Assembly (NCBI RefSeq): GCF_016433145.1
Contig: NC_058132.1
Coordinates: 582,907,771-582,971,770, forward strand
Source of the DNA: Gracilinanus agilis
Lineage: Eukaryota
Length of the DNA: 64,000 nucleotides
Reading direction: 5' to 3'
Positions 23,381 through 36,105 of the stretch are shown here, in pieces. Position 1 is the stretch's first letter. Each line of letters begins with the position of its first letter. The position numbers and the translations under genes are program-made. The notes beneath the pieces are model-generated. The model saw only the letters and a program-made list of their open reading frames with translations. It made no database searches and was not told the DNA's origin.

Positions 23381-26049
23381 ATTGATCCTACCTTCACAAA
23401 ATCTTTTAATTTCATTTTATTTCTATTCACTATTTTTAAATGAACTATAAAAGGAAGAGTATAGACTTCCTACGGTAAATTTTTACATTAAGGAATAAAC
23501 ACATAAAATACATTGAAATTTTTTTTCATTAGGAAGATAAACATATTAAGCTATTCCCTCTTTTATTCCAGTCTTATGCAAAGCCTCCATAGTAATTTGC
23601 ATTCACAACAGGATTTCACAATGTAAATTGCATCTGCTGCCTCAGAGACCCTGCCTATCCTAACTTAAAACTGATGAGTATGTGTGTGCATGTGTGTCTG
23701 TTGAAGACTGAAAATCAACATCCCTATGGTAAGTAAATAGTTTAATTAGTCTAGAGATTTTGATAAATCCTTAATACTATGGGCTAAAGAAGAATTGAAA
23801 CTGCAATTATTTTGAAATAGAAGTTTTTCCTCACTCAGAGAGGCACTTTTACAATAGCTGCTTATGCACTACTAAAATCAGAATTAATAAGCAATGCAAT
23901 TAGATGGAAAGAACCCTAACCAAATAACTCCTTTACTTTATGGACATGTGAATTTGGGAGTACAAAGGAATAAAAAGAAAGGAAGTGTGCCCAGCCTTGG
24001 GATAATGCAATATTTAATACTTCTAGCTGTCATTGTTTCCAGGGGAATGGAAACAGCAGTTTCTGTGCACTAACTGTAGCAAAAATGTCATGCAAAACTG
24101 TGTACCATATCTCCATGCTGCAAAAAGCATATATGTCATCACCACGAGATGCTATTTCCAAAGCATCTCAGACATACACTTGTGAGATCTACAGTCATAT
24201 TTTTTTTTAAAAACTGGGGCCAATAAATATAATTGAGGTACATAATTAAAAATGAAACAGCACGAGCCAAAACAGCTATAATCTTATGAGAGGAGATCAT
24301 GAAAATGTCTACCAAGCTAGTAATGAGCATTACGCCTAATCTTAATTACGTGGATATTCTTAGATGATTACTTAGTAAGACTTTTTTGAGTAAACTATTA
24401 AGAAAATACCTAATTTCTGGGGTTAATTGCTCTTATGAATTTTCCAATGATTCTACTTCACAGGAAATACCTTCTTGAGCTGCTTTAAATTAATAGGCTT
24501 TCAAATCAACCATGGAGATTTTTCTTCCCCCAGGTGGTAAAATGCTTGAAACTCCAAGGAGTAGTATATTATATTAATGAAATACTGATACCCAACTCCA
24601 TTCATATCTTCCAATAGAAAGTTTTCCTCTATCTGTGTCATTATTCATTCTAAAATATAGCTACCTCATTTGTTCCTCCCTTCCACTGTTCTCATGATAT
24701 CATTCCCTGATGGTTTCAGTTCCCTACACTATAATGATTATGAGTGACAGCCTTTGTTCAGTAGATAGATATCTACCTAGAAGTAATAAAAAGCTTTGGT
24801 TCAAGTTCTGAAGATTAAATCTCCTGTGGCTATTGGAAAGGCACTAATTCCCTGGAGAAACTAAAACCATATTTTGCATTTCTGCATTGACTTTCCTCAC
24901 TGAGAGATCTCTTCATCTATGGCTTCACATGTCTGGAGCTTCACTTTTGACCATTCTTTTCTTTTCTCATTTCAAAATTTTCTTCATTATCATTAGTTTT
25001 TTTCCCCTGATATTCTTGTCAATAAGTAATTTTGATGTAATTAACTGTTGAAAATGAAATACGACTGCCTGTTCATTACTGATAGATGCCACGGATCAAA
25101 TTAGACATATTGAGCTTAGATTTTACCAACAGATAAATGTTTTATACCATGAGGAGAAAAGGGTGGTGGTAGTAAACAAATCTCTTGAAGTTGGTAAAAG
25201 AGATAAGCTAAAAGATTTTTGTTCTAGACTAAGATTAAATATCCAAAAGAAGAATTCATGGTAGGGAAAAAAATCAAATTAAATAAGAATTGAGCAATCT
25301 TTCCTGAGAAGAGTAGGAAGAACCAAGAAGTCCAAATGAATCACAACTCTCTTAGGTTTGGATGCAAAGGATTGCCTCATATTTCTTAAACCTCAGTATC
25401 ACATCATAAATTCAAACCTTTACATAATTCTATATGTGGTAAAATAAAAAAAGATGTAGTTATTCCACGACCCATCCTTTCTTTGCCAATCAGTCAACTG
25501 AGCAAACTTTTGTTTGTTTGCTTGTTTTTTTTTCTTAAATTTTCTTCAGTAAAGAGAAAAGTGAAAAACACATGAAGAAGCAATGATTTCAGGCTTGGTT
25601 TCATGGCCTTTGTGGAAACTAAGGCTGGGATATACTTGTAAATACGGTTGAAAGCAATACTTAGGATATTCCAATGGAGAAAAGGGGGTCCTGTTACTCC
25701 CCAAAAGTCTTTAAATATGGGAAACCATAGGTTTCTACTTGTTCCCATTCCTTATCTGGGCATGCCTGCTCCTCCCCTGTTCTTAAGAAGTTGCCTTTCC
25801 TCTCTTCATGTCCAATCAGTCATTGAGATGAAAGACTACAACAAATTCTTTTAGATCTTGATTCTACTTTGCCAATGAAATCTATCCCTTCAAAATTCAG
25901 ACTTTCTATGACTTTCTGGTAGATAGTTTGCAAGAACTGTCCCTTTAATAATTCCTAACTTCTTAGTCATTGTTTACTGCTTTTTCTTGGATTCCCTGGG
26001 AGGCTGTCTCAGTGGAAAAACTCATCCTAAGAGGGATCTTTAATTGAGA

Positions 26050-26235
26050 AAACATAATGCAGTGAAAGAAGCCTTGGAGTCAGAGGCCCTAAGTGGAAAT
26101 TCTATCTCTCATTCAACTGCTTATCTAAGCATGGTCAGGTCATTTTGTCTCACTTTACTTATTTGTAAAATAATGAAATTAGACCAGATGCCCTCATGTA
26201 GCCTTACATCTAAATTTACAGCCTTCATGATTTCA
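26050..26235 (+). mobile_element. MIR3-like SINE
   Basis: cagtgaaagaagccttggagtcagaggccct...tttgtaaaataatgaaattagaccagatg...acatctaaatt. Confidence 0.6.
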
Positions 26236-28184
26236 CTATGAACTTTGCCTAATCTTTCATGGAAGTATACAAATACTAAAAAAACATATTTCACATTAAT
26301 CTAGAAATATTAGTATCTTTCATTGATATTAGGACAACAGATTTAGAGATGTGGCTTACAGTGACCTATTCAAGTTGCTCTTGTCCTAGCAGTATAGCCA
26401 ACAGTCATCTCCTCCAAGTACTCCCATATGCTGGGTAAAATCAATATTAAGACAATGGTTAAGTAAAAGAGAAAATAATAGAATTCATCATCTTGATAGT
26501 ATTTGGAATCTCAAAATACCACCAGAGTTGACAAAGCAATAGTTCAGACAAAAAACTTAAAAAAAAAATTGAACTTCTTGTTCTTATCTCAAGAAGTCCA
26601 TATCATCACCAAAGCAAATTATGTGAGAAGGGTCATCCTCAACTGGGGGAAGATATCAATCATAGTCATAGAACACACCCAAAGAAATAAGACTTGGCTC
26701 TTAATTCAAGGTGGAGGAATAAAGGAAAGGACATATTTGGGCTTTCCCAATTCCCCTCCAAAATCTTTAAAAAAATACCTCGAAATGAATTCTGGAGTAT
26801 CAGAATTAGCAAGAGAATGAAATGAAAAAAAAATCCAGAGCAAAACAACTTAGAAGTTTGTGAGAAAGAAGTTTGTGAGGATGAGAATAGAGTATAATCA
26901 AGAGCAAGCCTCATCTCAATAAAACTGAAGCTGGCCTTGGAAGTGAGTAGATGAGCAATGGTGGCTTCTGGAGCTCTCAAGATATTAAAGGATACCCTTT
27001 GCTGGCCCTACTATAAATCCCAAAGACATAAGAGATAGGGGGAAAGTACCTACTTGTTTAAAAATATTTATAGCAGTTCTTTTTATGGTGGTAAAGAATT
27101 AGAAATCAGGGGGATGCTCATCAATAGCAGAATAGCTTAATAAGTTGTAGCATATGATTGTAATATAATGATATTGTGCCATAAAAATGACAAAGATGAT
27201 CACACACACATAAAATTTAAAAAAAATACAAAAATTCTCTGAAAAATGGACTGCTTAAAAATTAGAATTGCCTAGGGTTGAAAAAGAGGTATAAAAATCT
27301 CTCATTGAATACAATAATTTCTTTAAAATTAGAATCAGTCAAGTAGAAGCTAATGACTCCATGGGAGATAAGGAATCTAAACAAAATCAAAAGAATGAAA
27401 AAAGAGAAGAAAATATGAAATATTTCTTTAGAAGAACAACTGGCTTGGAAAATAGACCGAAGAGAGAGATGAGTTAAAATAGAATAATACACAGAGAAAA
27501 TGGCTATCTGAAAGCTCTGGTGAAGAAAAAAACCTCTACAACCTATTTTAAGAAACTATCAAGGACAAATGCAATGATACCTTAGAACCAAAGGGCAAAA
27601 TAGAAATGGAAGGAATCTACTGATCACCAACTGCAAGTCATCCCCAGACTTCCAGAATATAATAGCCAACTTTCAGTTCAAAGAGAAAATATTGTAAGCA
27701 TTCAGAAAGAAACAATTCAAATATTGTGGAGCCACAGTCAAGAAGAACACATAATTTACCAGGTTCTACATCAAAGGATTAGAAGGCTTGGAATATGATA
27801 TTCTGCAAGGCAAATGAGCTAGGACTACAAACAAAAATCAGCAAAACTTAGTAAATCTTTCAGGGGGAAAATGAACATTTAATGAAAGAGGACTTTCAAG
27901 CATTCCTGTTGAAAACACTGGAGCTGGATAAAAAATTTAACTTGCAAATACAAGACTCAAGAGAAGGATAGAAAGGTAAACAAAAAGGATAAATCATAAG
28001 AGAGATTCAGTGAGGTTAAAATGTTTACATTTCTGCATGGGAAAATGATAGCTATAACGTCTAAGGACTTTATCATTAAGTTAGGGCAGTTAGACATGTA
28101 AATTGACAAAGACCAAAGGTATTAGTTGATTATGATGAAATATATTAAAAAAATTAAAATTAAAGGATGAGAAAGAAGGATGCA

Positions 28185-28329
28185 GGGGGGCAGCTGGGTG
28201 GCTCAGTGGATTGAGAGCCAGGCCTAGAGACAGGAGGTCCTAAGTTCAAATCTGGCCTCAGATACTTCCTAGCTGTGTGACCCTGGGCAAGTCACTTGAT
28301 CCCCCATTGCCTAAAAAAAAAAAAGAAAC
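28185..28329 (+). mobile_element. Short SINE1_Mdo-type copy lacking the 3' tail segment, with poly(A)
   Basis: ggggggcagctgggtggctcagtggattgagagcc...cccccattgcct followed by A12. Perfect 13-bp TSD aaagaaggatgca at 28172-28184 and 28330-28342. Confidence 0.92.
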
Positions 28330-29113
28330 AAAGAAGGATGCATGAAAGAAATTAGAAAGAGAACTGTGGAAAATAATCTCACATAAAATAAATTTGAAAG
28401 GAAGAGCTTTTAGAATGGAATGGAAGATAAGGATGGGCAGCACTTGAACTGGCTAATCAGAACTGGCCCAAAGTTAAGAATAACACACTATCATTTGGTT
28501 ATAGAAATATATCTTACTTTATAGGGAAGTTGAAAATGGAAAGGTTATGAAGATTAGGATCTGATGGGAAGGTATATTGGGGAAAGTGATGACAAGAAAC
28601 AAAATACTTTTTATGAAGGGCAAGGTGAATGAAGAGAGAAAAGGATAAATAATTTTTTATTGTTTATTAAACAATAAACAGAATTTTTGATGAAGGAAAA
28701 TACATAGCAATAATAACTGAAAATATATCATATTTCTCTGATAAATACTTCATTTCTCAAATAATTAAAGAACTGAGGCAAATTTATAAGAATACATCAT
28801 TCCACAATTGATAAATAGTCAAAGGATATGAACAGGCCATAGTCAGGTGAAAAAAATCATAGCTAAGTAAAGTCATATAAAAAATATTCCAAATCACATT
28901 TAGACATTGGATGATTATCTATCAACTGGGGAATGATTGAACAAATTGTGGTATGTGATTGTGATGGAATACTTTTTGCTATGAGAATGTGAAGTATGCT
29001 TTCAGAAAAACCTGGAAAGACTTACATGAAATGTGAGGTAAAGTAAACAGAACTTTAAGGAAAAGAGAGTATACAGTAAGAGCAATATTGTACAATGATC
29101 AACTGTAAATGAT

Positions 29114-29742
29114 CTCCGGGTTTATCAAACACTAGGTTACTATGATCAATTACTACTATGTGTTGATTTTCTAACCTATTCCTTTGATCTACTGCTCTAT
29201 TTCTTAGCCAGTACCATATTGTTCTGATTACTGCTTTATAGTGTATTTTGATATCTGGTACTACTAAACCTCTTTCCTTCATATTTTTTTTAATTCCCTT
29301 GAAATTCTTGACCTTTTGTTTTTCCAGATGAATTTTATTATTTTTTCTACTATTCTGAAATAATTTTTGGGTACTATGATTGATATGGCACTGAATAGAC
29401 AAATTAATTTAGGCAGGATTGTAATTTTCATTTTACTAGATCAATTTATCCATGAACAATACTTCTTGAATTATTTAGATTTGATTTTGTATAAAAATAT
29501 TTTGTAATTGTGTTCATATAGTTGTTGGGAAGTATAACCCCAATTATTTTATATTGTCTGTAGTTATGTTAAATGGAATTTACTTTTTTATCTCTTGCTA
29601 TTGAACTTTATTCATGCTAAATAGGAATGCTTATGATTTTTGTGGATTTATTGTATATTCTGCAATTTTGCTGAAATTATTGTTTCTATTAGATTTTTGG
29701 TTTATTCTTCAGGGTTCTTTAGCTATGCCACCATTTTATCTG
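29114..29742 (-). mobile_element. Internal L1 ORF2 fragment inserted antisense, flanked by a 17-bp direct repeat
   Basis: ORF 29055-29402(-) reads ...VPDIKIHYKAVIRTIWYWLRNRAVDQRNRLE..., matching ORF2. Flanks are gatcaactgtaaatgat and gatctattgtaaatgat. Confidence 0.85.
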
Positions 29743-30377
29743 GATCTATTGTAAATGATTTAGCTATTCTCAATAATTCAATGATTCAGACAATTCTGAA
29801 GGACTTATTATAGAAAACTCACCTCCAGAGGAATTAATAATGGAGGCAAAATGAGGATGAAAGCATACTTTTTAAATTTTCTTGAATTTTTTTGTTCTGT
29901 TTCATAATGTGGACTAATATGGAAATGTATTTTGCATGACTGCATATGTATAACCTATATCAAGTTGCTTGCTTTCTTAATGGGCAAGAAGAAAAGAAAG
30001 CAGACAATTTCAAACTGAAAATTTTAGAAAACCAATATAAAAATTGTTTTTTAAATATTATAAAAAATAAATTAAAAAAAGAGGTCATGGGTCCTTAGTT
30101 ATTTCTGAATTATTTGGTAAACAAATAATAATACATAGATATCATGTGTCTCCTGAAGAACTTAAGAGTACTTATGATCTTATTGCATCTCAGAGGATTA
30201 ACTATGTCTGGGTCACCTTGTCTTACCTAATATAATAGTAATGGATAAAACAGGATAACCATTAGTAACTCTAACTGTCCTCTGAAATTTTCCAATGATT
30301 CCTAGCTTTCCCATTATGGTTGGCCATAGAGATGACAGAAGAAAAAAACCTTTTATATTTATTTTAAGTCCTTCTGA

Positions 30378-30570
30378 GGCAGTGCAATTTAGTGGATTGA
30401 GAGATCTTTTTGAAAAAAAGAAGACTGGGTTTCAAGTTTTGTCTCTGAGATATACCAGATATATGAACCTGGCAAAATACTTACCTTTTCAGTATGCTCA
30501 TCAGCTCTCTATGATCATAAATTCAAGAGACTGACCAAGATAGGTAAAAGGAGCTTCTATATCTAGTAAT
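30378..30570 (+). mobile_element. MIR-like SINE
   Basis: gaggcagtgcaatttagtggattgagag...aagactgggtttcaagttttgtctctgaga. Confidence 0.5.
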
Positions 30571-30919
30571 TATCAATATCAATGAAATCAGAGCTTCAGA
30601 TCCTATCTCTACCATACTTTCTTTTTATTGTCCCTACTGAAGTACACTCCAATCTGGAGCACTAACATTCCATATTAAAAAAAATGTGTCCATGGACCTC
30701 CTACTCTATTCACTCCTGCAAAATTCTCTAGAACTATCTACATCCATTTTCCTCAGAACAGGTTGTTCTACTTTTTGGAAGAAGAAAGAAATAGTTTTTG
30801 TAGACACTGTTTTTTCCCCTCATCTTTTCACATTTGGAAAAAATATTTTGTCTCCTGGGTATGGTTTTCATCCTTTAGAAAAAAATGGAGTTGAACTAAT
30901 AATCTCTAATTTCCTTTTT

Positions 30920-31082
30920 TTCTGGCTATCTCCCATATCTGGAATACTCTGCCACTACATCCCTGTCTTCTGATTTTCCTGACTTCCTTCAAATCTCAGT
31001 TTAAATCTTATATCCCCGGCAGTAAGTACAATTGTGGCCCAGATTATGGGCTGAATTAATGCTTACTGAATAACTGACTGAA
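30920..31082 (+). mobile_element. L2 3' fragment
   Basis: ctggctatctcccatatctggaatactct...ttccttcaaatctcagtttaaat...aatgcttactgaataactgactga. Confidence 0.6.
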
Positions 31083-32074
31083 GGAAGATTGAATAATATG
31101 CATCCTAAATAGATGGACCAATAAAGACTATTTCTACTAAAAAAAAAGACAAAATCTATGATTTTATAATTCTCTTGTTTAATTTCAAAGTCTGACCCAC
31201 CTTAGGATAGAACTATTGTGGATGCTCATAGAAATAATGGTTAAATGTATGGCAAGAAGCCAGACTTTTCAAAAAAAAATTGTTTTCTTTTTTGTTCTCA
31301 AATCCTATTACACTCCAGATTCACCCTCACTATTCTGGGATTATGGAAAATTTATCTTAATTCTTAATGAATTGAGTAATTACTTGAATAAAATTTTTAA
31401 GCCAAAAGGTAGAATGAAAATCTTTTTTTTTTTCAAAAAAGAACACACACACACACATACACAAAACAAAACACCAAAAAGCAAATGAAAAATGTATCCC
31501 CCAAAGAGGTTCTGGTTTCCACAGGGTTAAAATTAGATAGTACTTAAATTGGAACTCGAATTCATTCCTTTTTACTCCAATTATATTTTTCAGCATATGT
31601 ACTATATCATCCAATATATTATTATCCTTCCCAATTCATTAATAAAATTTAACTCACAAATATTCAAACCACCTTCCCATTTTGTAAAGCTTAGATATAG
31701 ACCCACGTCTTCCTGTATATTCCTGTGTTAATCCAAATATTATGTTATCAAACTTATTACCATCTTACCTGCTTTAGTTATATAATTTTGTCCTGGATAC
31801 TCAGAACACAAATTATATATGTAGTATATTTGAATAATCTGTATCATGTAAAATGTGATACATCATGTTGATTTATTCTGTCTATATAAGTGAAACAAAT
31901 TAACCTGTGTACATATATTTGTATTTTTCATAGTGATTGTTTTACATGTTTTCCAACTAGCTTAGATATGTCTCAAGGTCAAGGGCCCTTTCTAAATATT
32001 GCTTTCTTAAACTAAAAATGCTGTCATTTTTAAAATGAGGATTTAAAAGGAACACTACTTTATGTATGGTATGC

Positions 32075-32360
32075 ACATTCATTCATTAAACAGACATTAA
32101 GTGCTTATTTTATTCCAGGTCTCTCATAAAGAAAAAGGAGGAATAAACAAAATAGTCTTTGGCTTCCAGGAGCTTACATTTTATTAGGGGTCATATTATA
32201 CAAACATGTAGGCATATGCAAATTATAAACAAAACTAGTGTCAAATAGTACCTCCTGGAGAGAGGAAAAGGAATTTCCTTGCCAATTAAAGGATGAGGAA
32301 AGGTCAGTATAGAGGTGACACTTAAGCTGAGCCTTGAAGGGAACTAGGAACTCTAAGATT
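32075..32360 (-). mobile_element. L2 3' end
   Basis: cattcattcattaaacagacattaagtgctt...cttccaggagcttacatttta...gacacttaagctgagccttgaagg. Confidence 0.7.
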
Positions 32361-32599
32361 TGGAGGAAGTTAATTGTCTTTACATTTGAAAGAACATTCT
32401 CACATGCATTATTCCCACAATTGTCTTACCAAATAACCCACTGGAGGCAAATGATACAACTGTTATTTAGAGTAATTTTAAAATTTGCAGATGTGCATAA
32501 ATGCTTTATTTCATTTAAGTTTCATAATAATCCTTGCCTCGTATTTTCCAAAAATAATATTATCCATGAGCTCTCTCTCTTCCCCTTTTCCCCATCTTT

Positions 32600-32920
32600 T
32601 TATAAATTGAGATACCTTTTGCCATTGTCTTTTCCTTCATCCTGTCTCCTTTAAAGAGGCAACTTTATTTCTAACCAAGACTCTCTCTGCTCAAATGATC
32701 CCATTCCATCCAACACATTGTTCTCTCCATCTTTCCTAGTTGGGTAGGGATCTATCACTTATGTCCGATCTCTCCCTGTCTACTAGTTCCTCTCTATTTT
32801 CCCTATTAACATGCCAGTATTTCCTCTATCCTCAAAACATCTCCATTTGATCCTTACTTCCTTTCTTTCATCCTATCTCTCTTCTGTTCTTGGTGACTAA
32901 ACTTGAAAATGCCACCTAGA
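32600..32920 (+). mobile_element. L2 ORF2 fragment
   Basis: Pyrimidine-rich ctcaaatgatcccattccatcc...tctccctgtctactagttcc...aaacatgccagtatttcctctatcctcaaaa, typical of L2. Confidence 0.5.
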
Positions 32921-32964
32921 GTAGGTCTCTCTAATTTCTCTTATTTTCTCAAACCTATTGGTGA

Positions 32965-33230
32965 GTTGGTGAGACGTCTACATCAAGCATGTAAAGACTT
33001 TTCTGGTCTAATGGGAGGATGAGAACAATTTGTCCAAAGAGTCATGACGGTGACAGAATCAGGCACTGTGGAACTCTAAGAAGGTTCTCAGACTCTGAAG
33101 GCACCATGGTCAACCCCTGCATTCTGGGCCGTTGACTTTCATCTTGTCACAGAACTTTGATGACTTTGGAGGGAGAGATTGAGGATGATGCCTTTTGTGG
33201 AATGTTGCCTCTTTTAACTCAGTTCTTTTG
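32965..33230 (-). mobile_element. RTE-associated marsupial SINE (WALLSI-type) fragment
   Basis: gaaggcaccatggtcaacccctgcattctgggcc...actttgatgactttggagggagagattgaggatgatg resembles the recalled WALLSI4-like consensus. Confidence 0.6.
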
Positions 33231-36105
33231 TCGCTTTTTTGACTTTTATACTTAAAAATTGATGGAGAAAATGTTAATAAAGCAGATGAAATTTTAAAGT
33301 GTGTTTTGTGTCCTTTTTTGGATACTTAGTCATCCTAGGATACGCCTTTGGCAATATCTGAATGATTGGATATTTTATCCAAAGGTTATAAATCAGCATA
33401 TCCTATTACATGGAAGAGAGAAAATGCATGTAATAATTAAGTGATAGCCAAGAAAGCTGGAATAGCCCATTATCTTAGATTCTAAGCAAAGACATAAAAG
33501 TCAGATTTCTATATAATAAAAACTAAGCCCATTGCATCAAGTGCAGGTTTGATGCAGTATTGACCTTCACCCTTTCAATGACAGCTATTTTAGACCTCTA
33601 TCTTCTGGATCCAAATAATGACAAAAATGTTTAATGCATCAGGATTTGCAAGAAACATTCTAGAAGTCCTTAGATCCCATAGACACCAAAGTCACTATAA
33701 CCATTAAAAGTAGCCATTGGGTAGATGTGTAATAAACGTTTGAGGAAGGGAGGCAGGGAGGAACCTTTGTAAGAATGTAAGAGACATAAAAATATATAAC
33801 ATGAAAGTTTATGAAAGGAAAAATACTTAGGTAAATTGAGCAGGAAAAATCAACTAGGAAAAAGATGAAATACGCAGTTTTTATATCAGCATGATTAATG
33901 TTCTTACCAAGTTACAAATACAGTTTCCAAATTATTCTATTTTTGTTTGCCTTGTTAAGAAATATAGAAATAAGACATTTTCCAAATTGTCTGCTCGATT
34001 AGAATATATTTAAATGTAACCAATATATCTTCATGTATAAAATAGACAAGACCATTATCTCTATTTTTCACTCGTACTTCTAAATATATGATGTTCTAAT
34101 TGGTCATTGAATCCAGCAAAATTACATTATTTTGGTGTTGTGTAAAGATAGCCATAATTGTTGCTGATTTTCCCCATTTTAATTCGAAGTCATGATATTG
34201 TATAGACAAAGTTACCCACTCCTTCCAAAATAATTCTCCTTACAGGTCAGAAGACTTTACCTTTACCTCCATAGTCCTCATACACAGAATATTTATCCTT
34301 GAGTTGCTGGAGATGACTGCAGGTAAGACATATTTCCTGTGTTTATGTCTCAGAGAAATGAAAAGACAAGTTCTTATGAACTACCATGTTCTTCAGTCTA
34401 TCCTTTCAAACATATTCGAATGATAATCTAAATTATAATACTGACTATAAATATAGTCAAATATAACATTTTCAATTAAATATTCCATAAGACAGATCTC
34501 TGTCATCCATCCTTAGGAATTCAGAAAACAAGTGTTTGCCATTTCATCTATACAGCCTTAGAGTATAAAGGTTCCATTGCCCAGGTTTCTGAATCAAAAC
34601 ATCTTAATATTTGTTAGCAAATAGTGCTGCCTGATAGATGAGCATCCATTTCCATTATGTAGATTATGCAGAAAGTTTAAATTTATCCTTTAAATCCTTC
34701 TGAAAATGCAGTCTTAGTTCCTTAGGGCCACTCCTCCTTGTTACATACTGATATGACTGAGAGAAAGGGGGGAGTGGGGAAGCCAGGTCATCCATTTTAA
34801 CATTTATTTCATTTTACAGCTACACAGCAATCACACACTAGAGAACTCTGATGGCAGTTCTACAGGGCTAAAAATAAATAAGCTAAGGCATAAATATTTT
34901 AAAACACTGAAGCAAGAACATAATTAAGGTGACATTACCTTTCCTCAAGCCAGAAGGCATCTTTTTTTGAAAAGAGAGACTGGCGAATTTGTCCACAAGC
35001 TAAGCTTGCATGTAAATCACTCACAAACATTTGCCAAGCAGTTCACACATTTTCTCATTCTGCTGTGTTGATGGCCTTATCAGGGAAGGAGAAATGTTGC
35101 TCCACAATAATTCAGATCCAGTGATTTGGGAGCCACAATAGGCCAGATAATAGTGCTAAAGCTCATTTTCATTCACTTTTTTTATATCTTTGAAATAATT
35201 TTATTTGTTAGCTGTTCATTATGCTAATTGGGAGGGCTGTATCTTCTCCAATTGATTAATATAATAAAATTTGAAATTCTCATTAAATATTTTTATAGCT
35301 AATTAGTTTTTCCATCCATTTACACTGACTTTTCAATAGCGTATATGCTGACAGCTGACCAAAGAAAATACTTAATATAAGGCACTGCCTCCATAGAGTT
35401 AGCTTGCCTTTGATTTCTTCACTTCTCTGATTGTATGAATTCCACATATGGTAAACATAGGAGTTAGAAGAGAAACGAGCCAATTGGCAGAGGGGCAGAA
35501 GAAGTTAGAAGCACTAGAAACGATGGCATCTTAATACTTAGACTGAAATCCATAAAGAGAAAATCTGATCCTCCTAAGCCATCTCTTTACAGAAGGAATC
35601 AAGCACCTGTCAATAATTTAAGATAGTAATAAATACACCAGTTATTACACCATTAAATAACTATCCACGTGAAATCAAACGTGTCAAATATAGCCTCTGA
35701 TTTTGATACCAGCAGAATTATCTTCCACATGCACCCCACAGTTTCTCCAACACATACCCTTATTAATAATTACAATTCCTGCTAAAGTCGACTCCTTAGT
35801 GTCCTCCACATGGAGATGCAAGCTAATGGGTTTGGAATAAATATAGGTTTATACACGTATGGGCCAATACATACTCTTTCCCAAAATAATTTGATTCTTT
35901 AATATACTTTTTTTCTCAATATTTTTTAGACTCAAAATCATTCAAGAGCGACTTATTCCAAAACTAACAATGCATCTATTTCTGTTCCCATCTTATAAAA
36001 TTAAAATTTTAAATTAGAGTCCTTTAAAATATGTGATTAATAAATATTTTACATTTGTTGAAGGATGGGTTTCTAAACTACTCTAACACAAAAATTATTT
36101 TTATT

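Larger units (their letters stand above)
26705..30080 (+). mobile_element. Old L1/HAL1-like element: 5' UTR, degraded ORF1, only the C-terminal tip of ORF2, and 3' UTR; carries nested insertions
   Basis: 27380-27980 encodes degraded ORF1 motifs (TT.LENR, EPKGKIEMEGI, AWNMIF.KANELGL). 28730-29113 matches the ORF2 end. A-rich tail near 30060-30080. Confidence 0.75.

Noticed and set aside
33533-33556. Hairpin TGCATCAA-N8-TTGATGCA
   Set aside because: The 8-bp stem does not extend, is too short for a pre-miRNA, and is at chance level.
35283-35483. 66-aa minus-strand ORF in the repeat-poor region
   Set aside because: Weak splice signals, non-ATG start and no recognisable homology.
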